DNA of 64,000 nt from Nitrosomonadales bacterium. GTDB lineage: Bacteria > Pseudomonadota > Gammaproteobacteria > Burkholderiales > SG8-39. The notes below the pieces were generated by a model, which ran no database searches, was not told the origin of the DNA, and saw only the letters and a list, made by a program, of their open reading frames with translations. This document shows, piece after piece, positions 45,701-54,613 of this stretch. The DNA lies in contig SBAS01000054.1 of assembly GCA_005240145.1 (NCBI GenBank), positions 5,234-69,233 of the forward strand, read 5' to 3'. How positions within the stretch are numbered: position 1 is the first letter of the stretch; every line of letters begins with the position of its first letter. The position numbers and the translations under genes are program-made.

Positions 45701-46109
45701 GCTGCAAATCTCCGCACTCCAGCTTGCCGAACTGCTCGCGGGCATCGGCCGCGCCCAGGCCGCGTTGGTCCAGGGCCTCGAAAACGAACTGGCCGGCGTG
45801 CGCAGCGGCCGCGTCATTCCGGCGCTGCAGAACGTCGCGCACCTGCGCGATCATCCCGAACCCACGCTGGTGGACCTGCCGGTGCGCGTTTTCCTCGCGA
45901 GCATGGGCAGGGTGGGCCCCGACCCGGCGACCATTGCGCGCGACCTGGAACGGCTCATCAGCGGCAAGGTCACTGCACCGGCAACCAGGGAAGAAGCCGC
46001 GGCGGCTTCCGCGCCTCCCGCAGCGCCTGCTGCGGCGCCGGCCGCGGCACCCGCTGCAGCGCCCGCCGCAGACGGCGGCGACGCGCTGGATTTCAGTAAG
46101 CCTGCCTAG
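45699..46109 (+). CDS. Hypothetical protein with C-terminal (PAAA)n tract
   Basis: Internal ATG of track ORF 45591..46109. GC3 is high throughout. No family recognised. The 3' end overlaps the convergent hydratase gene by 4 nt. Confidence 0.55.
   Translation: MLQISALQLAELLAGIGRAQAALVQGLENELAGVRSGRVIPALQNVAHLRDHPEPTLVDLPVRVFLASMGRVGPDPATIARDLERLISGKVTAPATREEAAAASAPPAAPAAAPAAAPAAAPAADGGDALDFSKPA
46011..46070 (+). repeat. Imperfect 12-nt tandem repeat encoding [20 protein letters not shown]
   Basis: Read directly: gcg cct ccc gca / gcg cct gct gcg / gcg ccg gcc gcg / gca ccc gct gca / gcg ccc gcc gca. Confidence 0.6.
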
Positions 46110-46915
46110 AAATCCTTGGGCGGCGGCGGGAAAGAGGGCTTTCTCTTTTCCCGCAGCGAGGCGAGTCCCTCCTTCGCCTCCGGCCCGGTGAATCCGAGCA
46201 TTTCCAGCGCCAGCGATGCATCGAAGCTTGGGCCCGCCAGGCGCAGCCAGTTGTTCAGGCTGTACTTGGTCCAGCGCAATGCGGTCTGCGCGCCGCCGGC
46301 AAGCTTGCGCGCCACTTCCAGCGCTTTTGCCTGCAGTTCGGCTTCCTCGCAGCACAGCGACACGAGGCCGATTCGCTCCGCCTCTTCGCCCGAGACCTGC
46401 TCGCACAGCAGCAGGTAGTACTTCGCCTTCGCCATGCCGCACAGGAGCGGCCAGACGATTGCCGCGTGGTCGCCCGCAGCGACGCCGAGGCGCGTGTGGC
46501 CGTCGATGATGCGCGCGTTCTTCGCCGCGATCGACACGTCCGCAAGCAATCCGGCCACCAACCCCGCACCGACCGCGGGGCCGTGCATCGCGGAGACGAT
46601 CATCTTCGAGCAGTTGATGATGTTGTAGACGAGGTCGCGCGCCTCGCGCCACATCCGTGCGCGCGACTCGAAGTCCTGCGTGATTTTCTCCACCATCGCG
46701 AGGTCGCCGCCGGCCGAGAAGCCTTTGCCCGCGCCGCGCAGGATCGCAACACGGGTTTCCGGGTCGCGGTCGATGTCGAGCCAGACCTCGGTCAACTCCC
46801 TGTGCAGGCGTTCGGTTGCGGTTGAGAGCCTGCCGCCCTCCTCGCCCATCACGAGTTCGAGGATGCCGGGTTCCAGCCGCCGGATTTTCAGGTCTTTATA
46901 GTTGGAGTAGTCCAT
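46106..46915 (-). CDS. Enoyl-CoA hydratase/isomerase family protein
   Basis: 269 aa. [10 protein letters not shown] and [12 protein letters not shown] crotonase motifs. Confidence 0.85.
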   Translation of the reverse strand: MDYSNYKDLKIRRLEPGILELVMGEEGGRLSTATERLHRELTEVWLDIDRDPETRVAILRGAGKGFSAGGDLAMVEKITQDFESRARMWREARDLVYNIINCSKMIVSAMHGPAVGAGLVAGLLADVSIAAKNARIIDGHTRLGVAAGDHAAIVWPLLCGMAKAKYYLLLCEQVSGEEAERIGLVSLCCEEAELQAKALEVARKLAGGAQTALRWTKYSLNNWLRLAGPSFDASLALEMLGFTGPEAKEGLASLREKRKPSFPPPPKDF

Positions 46916-46937
46916 GCGGCCATTCTACAATCGGTGC

Positions 46938-47804
46938 ATGCGCACACCCGAAGAGCGGTTCGCGGACCTCCCCGGATTTCCCTGGGCGCCGCATTACCTG
47001 GAATGGCGCGGCCTGCGCGTCCACTACCTGGACGAGGGAAGCGGACCACGCACCCTGCTCTGCCTGCACGGCGAACCGACCTGGAGCTACCTCTACCGCA
47101 GAATGATCCCGCCGTTCCTTGCCGCGGGTTACCGTGTCGTCGCGCCGGATTTCATCGGCTTCGGCCGTTCGGACAAGCCGGTGGAGGAAGCGGCTTACGA
47201 TTTTGATTTTCATCGCAGCTTTGTTTTGGACCTGATAGAAAGACTGAACCTGTCCAACATCTCGCTCGCTGTTCAGGACTGGGGCGGCCTGCTCGGGCTC
47301 ACCGTGCCGATGGAAATGCCGGCACGGTTCGAGCGCCTGCTCGTCATGAACACCGCGCTCGGGACCGGCGATGCACCGCTGGGCGAAGGCTTCCTCGCCT
47401 GGCGCGCCTACGTGAACAAGAACCCGGCCATCGACTGCGGCAAGCTGCTCGCGCGCGCCTGCCCGCACCTGAGCGCCGCGGAAGCGGCGGCCTACGAAGC
47501 GCCCTACCCCGACACCGTGTCGAAGGCCGGCGTGCGCCGTTTCCCCAATCTGGTGCCCGACGGGCCGGATGCGCCGGGCGCCGCGATCTCGCGCCAGGCA
47601 CGCGAATGGTGGCGCCACCACTGGAAGGGCGAGTCCTTCATGGCGATCGGCGCCAGGGATCCGGTGCTCGGGCCGCCGGTGATGCAGCAACTGCGGAAAA
47701 TCATCCGCAACTGCCCCGAGCCTTACGTCCACGCAGAAGGCGGGCATTTCCTGCAGGAATGGGGCGAAGATGTCGCCCGGGAGGCATTGCAGTCATGGAA
47801 GTGA
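46938..47804 (+). CDS. Haloalkane dehalogenase-like alpha/beta hydrolase
   Basis: ATG at 46938 (the track ORF starts at 46914). LCLHGEPTWSYLYRRMIP, GFGRSDKP, VQDWGG (nucleophile Asp), and a C-terminal EGGHFLQE motif. Confidence 0.85.
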   Translation: MRTPEERFADLPGFPWAPHYLEWRGLRVHYLDEGSGPRTLLCLHGEPTWSYLYRRMIPPFLAAGYRVVAPDFIGFGRSDKPVEEAAYDFDFHRSFVLDLIERLNLSNISLAVQDWGGLLGLTVPMEMPARFERLLVMNTALGTGDAPLGEGFLAWRAYVNKNPAIDCGKLLARACPHLSAAEAAAYEAPYPDTVSKAGVRRFPNLVPDGPDAPGAAISRQAREWWRHHWKGESFMAIGARDPVLGPPVMQQLRKIIRNCPEPYVHAEGGHFLQEWGEDVAREALQSWK

Positions 47805-48769
47805 GCTATGAGGACGTCGCCGCCGCACACGCGAGAGTCCGCGCTGTGGCGCATCGCACGCCCGTCCTTCGTTCGGCGACGGTGGATGCACTCACCGGGG
47901 CGAGCGTGTTTTTCAAGGCCGAGAACCTGCAGCGCATGGGCGCGTTCAAGTTCCGCGGCGCCTACAACGCGCTGTCGCAACTGACCTCTGCACAGAGGAA
48001 GAAGGGCGTCGTCGCTTTTTCTTCGGGCAACCACGCGCAGGCCGTGGCCCTGTCCGGAAGGCTGCTCGGGATTCCGGCGACCATCGTCATGCCGACCGAC
48101 GCGCCGCAAGTGAAGCTCGTGGCGACGCGCGGCTACGGCGCGGAGGTCGTCTCGTATGACGCGAGCAACGAGGACCGGCAGAAAATCGCGGAGAAACTGG
48201 CCGCCGAGCGTGGCCTCACCGTCATCCCGCCATTCAACCACCCGCACATCCTTGCCGGGCAGGGGACAGCGGCCAAGGAGCTAATCGAAGAGACCGGTCC
48301 GCTCGATATCCTGCTCGTGCCCTGCGGTGGCGGCGGACTGCTCTCGGGATGCGCGCTTGCCGCCAGACACTTGTCGCCCGACTGCCGCGTGATCGGCGTC
48401 GAGCCCGCCGAGGGCGACGATGGTCTGCGCTCGTTCCGCTCCGGCCGGATCGAGAGCATCCCCCTGCCCAAGACAATCGCCGACGGCGCGCGCACCACTG
48501 CGCTGGGCACGCTCACCTTCGCACTGATACGCGCCAATGTGGATGACTTCCTCACGGTCACGGACGCCGAGCTCCTCAGGTGGATGTTTTTTCTCTGGGA
48601 GCGCATGAAGATCGTGGTCGAGCCGACCGGGACGCTCGCCGCCGCCGCGCTTCTCGAAAACAAGCTGGATGCCAAAGGCAAGCGCGTCGGCGTCGTGCTC
48701 TCGGGGGGTAACGTCGATCTCGCCTGGGCCGCCCGGGTGATGGCACCCGGCCTGCTCAGGAAGGACTGA
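47795..48769 (+). CDS. PLP-dependent threonine/serine dehydratase family (serine racemase / threo-3-hydroxyaspartate ammonia-lyase-like)
   Basis: Internal ATG (MEVSYEDV...). ENLQRMGAFKFRGAYN (PLP Lys), SSGNHAQA and VPCGGGGLLSG motifs. Confidence 0.85.
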   Translation: MEVSYEDVAAAHARVRAVAHRTPVLRSATVDALTGASVFFKAENLQRMGAFKFRGAYNALSQLTSAQRKKGVVAFSSGNHAQAVALSGRLLGIPATIVMPTDAPQVKLVATRGYGAEVVSYDASNEDRQKIAEKLAAERGLTVIPPFNHPHILAGQGTAAKELIEETGPLDILLVPCGGGGLLSGCALAARHLSPDCRVIGVEPAEGDDGLRSFRSGRIESIPLPKTIADGARTTALGTLTFALIRANVDDFLTVTDAELLRWMFFLWERMKIVVEPTGTLAAAALLENKLDAKGKRVGVVLSGGNVDLAWAARVMAPGLLRKD

Positions 48770-50594
48770 AGAAGGCGTAGCGCCGGGCGCCCGCGGCCTT
48801 GGAAGCGTACATGGCGCGGTCGGCGCGCTCGATCAAGCCCTCGGCATCCTCGGCGTCGTCGGGATAGACGCTGATGCCGATGGAACAGGACAGGTTGTGC
48901 GTGGCACCGTCGATCGACAGCGGCAGGCTCACCATGTCGGCGATCTTCTCGGCGATGCTGCTGACGTCCTCGGCGCGGTCGAGCTCGCCCGCAAGCACGA
49001 CGAACTCGTCGCCGCCGTAGCGCGCCACCGTGTCTGAGCCGCGCACGCTGGTGCGCAGGCGCCCGGCGATCTGCATCAGGGCGTAGTCGCCGCCGCGGTG
49101 CCCGCGCGTGTCGTTGAGGCTTTTGAAACCGTCCAGGTCCACCATCATCACCGCGAGTTTCTTGCGGTTGCGCTTGGCGTACTCCATCGCCAGCGCCAGG
49201 CGCTGCTGCATCGAAAGACGGTTCGGCAGGCCCGTGAGCGGGTCGTGCTGCGCGAGGTGGCGCAGGTGCTGCTCCTGGTCGCGCAGCTGCTCGTTGGCGC
49301 GATTCAACTCCGCGGTGCGCGCCGCGATGCGGCGCTCCAACTCGCGCTCGTTCGTCTGGGTCGCCTCCAGCAGCGCGGTGCGCGAGGCAAGCGCGTCGCC
49401 CTGCGCCGCCTCTTTTTCGCGCTTGTCGGAACTGATGCGGTCCGCGAGCGCGAAGGAAAGCAGCACCACGTCGAGCGCCAGGCCTATGTGCAGGCCGTTC
49501 ACTGTCAGGAAATGCGTCGGCACGATGGCGAAGTTGCGCAGCGCGCCCAGCGCGATGAACACGAGCAGCGCGGACCAGGCAAGGAGAAAGAAACGCGCTG
49601 GCCGGTAGCCGTCCAGCAGCGCGCGCACCGCCACGTAGAGGACCATGCCGGCGGTGGCGCAGGCCACCGCCGAAAGCGTGCGCATGATGGTGCCGTAGGG
49701 CACGAGCAGGCCCGTAGCGGCGAAGAACACGCCAGCGCCCGAGAGCACCAACACCGCAAGCATGAAGCGGTTGGCGAACACCGTGCGCGACGGTATGTCC
49801 AGAAAGCTGCGCGCGAATTGGGTGCCGAAGAAGAGCGTCGCGCACAAGGCCGCGCCAAGCGCGTGATTCGCCCACCAGACGCTCTCCGGCCACAGGTACT
49901 GGAAAGCGAGGCCATCGAAGGCCGCGAGCCCGATCCCGAACGAGGCTACGTAGAGCACGTACCACATGTAGATCCGGTCGCGCAGCGCGAGGAACAGCAT
50001 CAGGTTATAGAGGAAGAGCGCGATCACCAGGCCGTAGAACATGCCGTAGAGGAGTTGCGCGTTGCGGTCCGAGGCGATGAGCGCCTCGGGACGCCACAAG
50101 AAAGCCGGCACGGTCAGCACGCTTCGCGTCTGCACGCGCAAGTAGGTCGGCGCGTCGGCCAGGCCCGTGGTCGGAATGCGGAAGACGTGGTTGCGGTGCT
50201 TCACCTCACGCGTGTCCCAGGGTCGCAGGTCGCCCGCCTGCTGCATCCGGTACTCGATGCCCACCGTGCCGCGATAGGGCACATGCAACTCGATCGAATC
50301 GATGCTGGGAAAGCGGATTTCCAGCACCAGCATCGGCACCGGCAGGCGCCCGGTCTCCGACGGCAGGCCAAAGCGCAGCCAGAAGGCGGAATAGGTGTAG
50401 CCGAAATTGGGCACGTCCACGCCGAGGCGAGCGAAGCCGCCCCGCTCGCCTGCCGCCATGACTTCACTCAGGCCGAGCGCCCCGGCGGGGTCTTCAAATA
50501 CCTCCGCGTACCGGCCGATCGGCACGGCGCCGGCCTCGCCCCGCACACCGGCTCCAAAAGCGAGCAGCAGGACAACGAGAAACAGCCGGATCAT
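48756..50594 (-). CDS. 7TMR-DISM sensor diguanylate cyclase
   Basis: 612 aa. Signal peptide, periplasmic DISMED2-like domain, seven TM helices and a coiled coil, followed by DPLTGLPNR...DLDGFKSLND...RYGGDEF. Confidence 0.85.
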   Translation of the reverse strand: MIRLFLVVLLLAFGAGVRGEAGAVPIGRYAEVFEDPAGALGLSEVMAAGERGGFARLGVDVPNFGYTYSAFWLRFGLPSETGRLPVPMLVLEIRFPSIDSIELHVPYRGTVGIEYRMQQAGDLRPWDTREVKHRNHVFRIPTTGLADAPTYLRVQTRSVLTVPAFLWRPEALIASDRNAQLLYGMFYGLVIALFLYNLMLFLALRDRIYMWYVLYVASFGIGLAAFDGLAFQYLWPESVWWANHALGAALCATLFFGTQFARSFLDIPSRTVFANRFMLAVLVLSGAGVFFAATGLLVPYGTIMRTLSAVACATAGMVLYVAVRALLDGYRPARFFLLAWSALLVFIALGALRNFAIVPTHFLTVNGLHIGLALDVVLLSFALADRISSDKREKEAAQGDALASRTALLEATQTNERELERRIAARTAELNRANEQLRDQEQHLRHLAQHDPLTGLPNRLSMQQRLALAMEYAKRNRKKLAVMMVDLDGFKSLNDTRGHRGGDYALMQIAGRLRTSVRGSDTVARYGGDEFVVLAGELDRAEDVSSIAEKIADMVSLPLSIDGATHNLSCSIGISVYPDDAEDAEGLIERADRAMYASKAAGARRYAFFSPS

Positions 50595-50634
50595 CCCCAG
50601 CGATGCTACGCCTCTTTGCTATGATGCGTGCCCG

Positions 50635-51612
50635 ATGAAATGCATCGAGATCAGCTCACCCGGCGGTCCTGAAGTCCTGGTTCCCGCCGAGCGTCCGGCG
50701 CCGACGCCGCAGGCGAACGAAATCCTGGTGAAAGTCGCCGCGGCGGGGATCAACCGTCCCGACATCCTGCAGCGCATGGGGAGGTACGCCGTTCCGCCTG
50801 ACGCCTCCGACCTGCCGGGACTGGAAATCGCCGGCGAGGTTGCGGCGCTCGGCAGTGCGGCAAAAAAATTCAAGATCGGCGACCAGGTTTGCGCGCTGGT
50901 GCACGGCGGAGGCTATGCCGAGTATTGCGTCGCGCCGGAAGTACAGGCCTTGCCGATTCCCAAGGGGCTCACGGCGCTGGAAGCGGCCTCGCTGCCGGAA
51001 ACCTTCTTTACCGTCTGGTCGAACGTTTACGACCGCGCGCACCTCGCGCCGGGCGAGTCGCTGCTGGTGCAGGGCGGCAGTTCCGGCATCGGCGTCACCG
51101 CGATCCAGATGGCGCATGCGATGGGCAACCGCGTCTTCGCCACCGCGGGCAGCGACGAGAAAGTCGCCGCCTGCGTGAAGCTGGGCGCGGACCGGGCAAT
51201 CAACTATCGCACCCAGGACTTCCTCGAGGAGATCAAGGCGGCCACCGGCGGCAAGGGCGTCAACGTGATCCTCGACATGGTGGGTGGCGATTACGTGCCG
51301 CGGGAGTTGAAGTGCCTCGCCGACGAGGGCCGGCTCGTCTTCATCGCCTCGCTGGGCGGCGCGAAGGCCGAGATCGACATCTTCGAAATCCAGCGCCGCC
51401 GCATCGTCATCACCGGCTCGACGCTGCGGCCACGGCCGGTGGAGTTCAAGGGCGCCATCGCGAAGAGCCTGCGCGAAAGGATCTGGCCGCACCTCGAATC
51501 CGGCAGGATCAAGCCGGTGATCTTCAAGACCTTCCCCCTCGCCCAGGCGAGCGAAGCGCACAAGCTGATGGAATCCTCGCAGCACATCGGCAAGATCGTA
51601 CTCACGGTCTGA
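50635..51612 (+). CDS. NAD(P)H:quinone oxidoreductase (zeta-crystallin/PIG3 MDR family)
   Basis: Internal ATG (MKCIEISSPGGPEVL...). INRPDILQRMGRY and VQGGSSGIGVTAIQ motifs. Confidence 0.9.
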   Translation: MKCIEISSPGGPEVLVPAERPAPTPQANEILVKVAAAGINRPDILQRMGRYAVPPDASDLPGLEIAGEVAALGSAAKKFKIGDQVCALVHGGGYAEYCVAPEVQALPIPKGLTALEAASLPETFFTVWSNVYDRAHLAPGESLLVQGGSSGIGVTAIQMAHAMGNRVFATAGSDEKVAACVKLGADRAINYRTQDFLEEIKAATGGKGVNVILDMVGGDYVPRELKCLADEGRLVFIASLGGAKAEIDIFEIQRRRIVITGSTLRPRPVEFKGAIAKSLRERIWPHLESGRIKPVIFKTFPLAQASEAHKLMESSQHIGKIVLTV

Positions 51613-51620
51613 GCTGCGAA

Positions 51621-51649
51621 TGCTAGAATCTGTCCAGACTAGACAGATT
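51621..51649 (+). promoter_or_regulatory. Extended -10-like element TGcTAGAAT overlapping inverted repeat AATCTGTC-N7-GACAGATT (candidate TA operator)
   Basis: TG at 51621-51622 and TAGAAT at 51624-51629. Perfect 8-nt arms at 51627-51634 and 51642-51649. The element ends 12 nt upstream of the Phd-type antitoxin ATG. Confidence 0.45.
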
Positions 51650-51660
51650 TAGGGAAAAGC

Positions 51661-51921
51661 ATGAATGCGCGCTGGCCCTTGCAGAAGGCAAAGAACGAAT
51701 TCAGCCGGGTGGTCGATCGCGCCCTGAGCGAAGGTCCGCAGACCGTAACGCGCCACGGCAAGCCCGTGGTGGTCGTCTCCGCGATCAACACGTTGCGAAG
51801 CCGGAGCGGCAAGCGCAATGCGTCGAGGGCGTTGCTCGCGCTGCTGCGCGGTTGCCCGGTGGATCTCAGCCGGCTCGTCACACGTGATCGTTCGGTGCCT
51901 CGCACCGTCGATCTCGGATGA
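51661..51921 (+). CDS. Phd/YefM-type antitoxin
   Basis: 86 aa. WPLQKAKNEFSRVVDRALSEGPQTVTRHGKPVVVVS. ATGA overlap with the downstream PIN gene. Confidence 0.8.
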   Translation: MNARWPLQKAKNEFSRVVDRALSEGPQTVTRHGKPVVVVSAINTLRSRSGKRNASRALLALLRGCPVDLSRLVTRDRSVPRTVDLG

Positions 51922-52340
51922 GCTACCTGCTCGACACCTGCGTCGTGTCGGAACTGTCGCGGCCCCGGCCGGACCCGGGCGTAGTCGCCTGGATGTCGGA
52001 GGCCGATGCCGCTTTCCTGCACCTGTCAGCGATCACGATCGGAGAGCTGCGGCGCGGCGCACTGCGCCTTCCCGCCGGAAAACGCAGAGCATCCCTATCG
52101 GACTGGAGCGAAAAGTTAAGACAGAGCTTTTCCGGACACGTCCTCCCCATCGACGAGTCCGTTGCCCTGCGTTGGGCGGAAACAGCAGCCCGCGCGGAGC
52201 GCTCAGGTCGGCCCGGGTCGTTCGCTGACGGATTGATAGCGGCAACCGCGCTTGACCGCGGACTGACACTTGTCACGCGCAACGTGACCGACTTCGAGCC
52301 CTTCGGTGTCTCGCTCCTGAATCCCTGGGCTGCTGTCTGA
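51918..52340 (+). CDS. vapC: VapC/FitB-type PIN toxin
   Basis: 140 aa. YLLDTCVVSEL, ITIGEL, ADGLIAATA, LVTRNVTDF motifs. Confidence 0.85.
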   Translation: MSYLLDTCVVSELSRPRPDPGVVAWMSEADAAFLHLSAITIGELRRGALRLPAGKRRASLSDWSEKLRQSFSGHVLPIDESVALRWAETAARAERSGRPGSFADGLIAATALDRGLTLVTRNVTDFEPFGVSLLNPWAAV

Positions 52341-52384
52341 CAGCGAGGTGATTGAATAGCCGGTCGATTGGAAGGCAAGAATTC

Positions 52385-53188
52385 ATGGCCCGATTGCAAA
52401 CCGACGAGATCGCGCACTACCGCAGCGAAGGCTGGGGCATCCCGCGCTATCGGCTGCCCGCCGCGCGCATCGCGCTCATGGCCGCCGCGCTCGAGACGCT
52501 GCTGCGCGACAACCCCGGCGTGCGGCCCGAGAAGCTGGTGTCGGCGCATGTCGAGGGGGACAACGGCGAAGGCGTGCGCGGCAGCCGCGCCTTCCTCGAC
52601 CTGGCGCGCGATCCGGAAATCGTCGACCTGGTCTCCGACGTCATCGGCGAGAACGTGATCCTCTGGGGCTGCCACGTGTTCTGCAAGCCCGCGGCCGAGG
52701 GCTACGAAACGCCCTGGCACCAGGACGGCCACTACTGGCCCATCCGCCCGCTCGCCAACTGCACTGTATGGGTCGCGCTGGAAGATTCGACGGTCGAAAA
52801 CGGTTGCCTGCGCGTGATCCCGCGCTCGCACGTCGGCAAGCAGTTGCACGAGCACCTGCACGAGGACCGCACCGACCTCACCCTCAACCAGCGCATGGCC
52901 GCCGGCAGCTTCGACGAGGCAAGCGCGGTGGACCTGCAACTGCAGGCAGGCCAGATGTCGCTGCACGACATCTACATGATCCACGGCGCCAAGGCCAACA
53001 CTTCGGGCAAGCGGCGCACCGGCGCCGCCCTGCGCTACATGCCCGCGACCTCGGTTTTCGAGCGCGATCTGCGTCCCTCCGACGGCCAGACCGGCGTGCC
53101 GGTCAACTTCGCGCGGCGGCCCTTGTGGCTGCTAAAGGGAGTGGACCGCAGCGGGCGCAACGACTTCACGATCGGCCACGCGCGCTAG
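52385..53188 (+). CDS. Phytanoyl-CoA dioxygenase (PhyH) family Fe(II)/2OG oxygenase
   Basis: ATG at 52385 (the track ORF starts at a TTG at 52352). TPWHQDGHYW (HxD) and SLHDIYMIHGAKAN (distal His) motifs. Confidence 0.8.
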   Translation: MARLQTDEIAHYRSEGWGIPRYRLPAARIALMAAALETLLRDNPGVRPEKLVSAHVEGDNGEGVRGSRAFLDLARDPEIVDLVSDVIGENVILWGCHVFCKPAAEGYETPWHQDGHYWPIRPLANCTVWVALEDSTVENGCLRVIPRSHVGKQLHEHLHEDRTDLTLNQRMAAGSFDEASAVDLQLQAGQMSLHDIYMIHGAKANTSGKRRTGAALRYMPATSVFERDLRPSDGQTGVPVNFARRPLWLLKGVDRSGRNDFTIGHAR

Positions 53189-53328
53189 CGCGGCTCCTTC
53201 TTCGATTCTTCCTTCAGCCAGTTGATGAAGTCGGTCACCTCCGGCCGGCCGGCGGAATTCTTCGACACCATGGCGTAGTAGGCGCGCGCCGGATCGAGCG
53301 GCTGGGCTGATCGAATCACAAGCCAACT
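53185..53328 (-). pseudogene. C-terminal remnant of a LysR-type regulator
   Basis: My translation of the minus strand gives ...PLDPARAYYAMVSKNSAGRPEVTDFINWLKEESKKEPR*, which resembles the last ~35 residues of LysR/GcvA-type regulators. The frame is closed by a TGA 47 codons upstream of the stop. No HTH or effector domain remains. Confidence 0.4.
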
Positions 53329-53342
53329 TCAAGGAGCACGCC

Positions 53343-53570
53343 ATGAAGCTTGAAATCGCATCCGGCGCCCTGCGGCTCGCCCGCGGGCAGACGCTGAAGA
53401 TCCAGGACGCGGTCGGCAGCACCTTCTGCGCCCGCGAGGGCTCGGTCTGGATCACGGTAGAAAACAGCCGCAAGGACGTCGTGCTCGAACCGGGTTACTG
53501 CTTCCGGGTCGACCGGCCCGGACTCACCCTCGTGCAGGCCTTCGCCGATGCTTCAATCGCTCTGGCTTAG
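53343..53570 (+). CDS. DUF2917 protein
   Basis: 75 aa. L.LARGQTLKIQDAVGSTFCAREGSVWITVENSRKDVVLEPG matches the DUF2917 pattern as I remember it. AAGGAG lies upstream. Confidence 0.7.
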   Translation: MKLEIASGALRLARGQTLKIQDAVGSTFCAREGSVWITVENSRKDVVLEPGYCFRVDRPGLTLVQAFADASIALA

Positions 53571-53716
53571 GCTCCACTCCTCCGGCCCGAAGTCATCGGA
53601 CGAGCTGGCTCTGGCCCGCTACTACCGGGACGAAGGCCTGCACGCCGAGCTCGAATCGCTGCGCAGCCGGAGCCGCGGCGCAATTACAATGGGCGCTCCC
53701 AGCATCCGGAGCGTCC

Positions 53717-54613
53717 ATGTTCAAGGAAGGCCTGCTCAAAGGTAAGCGCATCCTGATTACCGGTGGCGGCACCGGGCTGGGCAAGGAGATCGCGACCAGG
53801 TACCTGCAGCTCGGCGCCGAGATATGGATAGCCGGTCGGCGTGCGGGGGTTTTAGAGTCCTGTTCTAAAGAGCTTACAGACAAGTACGGCGGTACAGTCC
53901 GAACCCACGCGGTGGACATTCGCGATGCGCAGGCCGTGGACGCGATGGTCCAGCACATCTGGGACGCGGCCGGCCCGCTCACCGGCCTGGTCAACAACGC
54001 TGCCGGCAATTTCATCAGCCCGACCAAGGATCTGACGCCCAACGGCTTCAACGCCATCGCCAACATCGTGTTCCACGGCAGCTTCTACGTGACGCACGCG
54101 GTAGGCAAGCGCTGGATCGCGGGCGGCCACAAGGGCTCGGTGATCTCGATCCTCGTCACCTGGGTGCATACCGGCTCGCCCTACGTCGTGCCATCGGCGA
54201 TGTCGAAGGCGGGGCTGCATGTCATGACCAAATCGCTCGCGGTGGAATGGGGCCGCTATGGCATTCGCCTCAACGCGATCGCGCCGGGCGCGTTCCCGAC
54301 CGAGGGCGCCTCGAAACGCCTCGTCCCGGGCGGCAGCTTCGAAGACGGCAGCGCGGGCAATCCGATGCACCGCATCGGCAAGATGCCGGAGTTGCAGAAC
54401 CTCGCCACCTTCCTCATGGCCGACGGTTGCGAGTGGTTGAGCGGCGAGACGGTTTCCCTGGACGGCGCGGGCTATCTCGCCAACGGCGCCGGCTTCACCG
54501 GGCTGGACAAGCTCTCCGATGCCGACTGGGACAAGATGCGCGCCCAGATCAAGTCGCAGAACGACAAAGACCGCGCGGGCCGTGTGCAGGACCGCCCGGA
54601 GCGCGGTACTTGA
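53717..54613 (+). CDS. SDR family oxidoreductase, 2,4-dienoyl-CoA reductase (DECR/PECR)-like
   Basis: 298 aa. ILITGGGTGLGKEI, NNAAGNF, PSAMSKAGL, IRLNAIAPG motifs. Confidence 0.85.
   Translation: MFKEGLLKGKRILITGGGTGLGKEIATRYLQLGAEIWIAGRRAGVLESCSKELTDKYGGTVRTHAVDIRDAQAVDAMVQHIWDAAGPLTGLVNNAAGNFISPTKDLTPNGFNAIANIVFHGSFYVTHAVGKRWIAGGHKGSVISILVTWVHTGSPYVVPSAMSKAGLHVMTKSLAVEWGRYGIRLNAIAPGAFPTEGASKRLVPGGSFEDGSAGNPMHRIGKMPELQNLATFLMADGCEWLSGETVSLDGAGYLANGAGFTGLDKLSDADWDKMRAQIKSQNDKDRAGRVQDRPERGT

Noticed and set aside
46011-46070. 12-nt tandem repeat considered as a possible CRISPR-like or VNTR element
   Set aside because: It is in frame inside a coding sequence, encodes a Pro/Ala linker, and has no spacers. 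It is an ordinary low-complexity coding repeat, although it could be length-polymorphic.
53548-53745. 65-aa ORF in the DUF2917/SDR spacer
   Set aside because: It overlaps both neighbouring genes and has no ribosome-binding site or recognisable family. It may be another decayed fragment, but I cannot support it.
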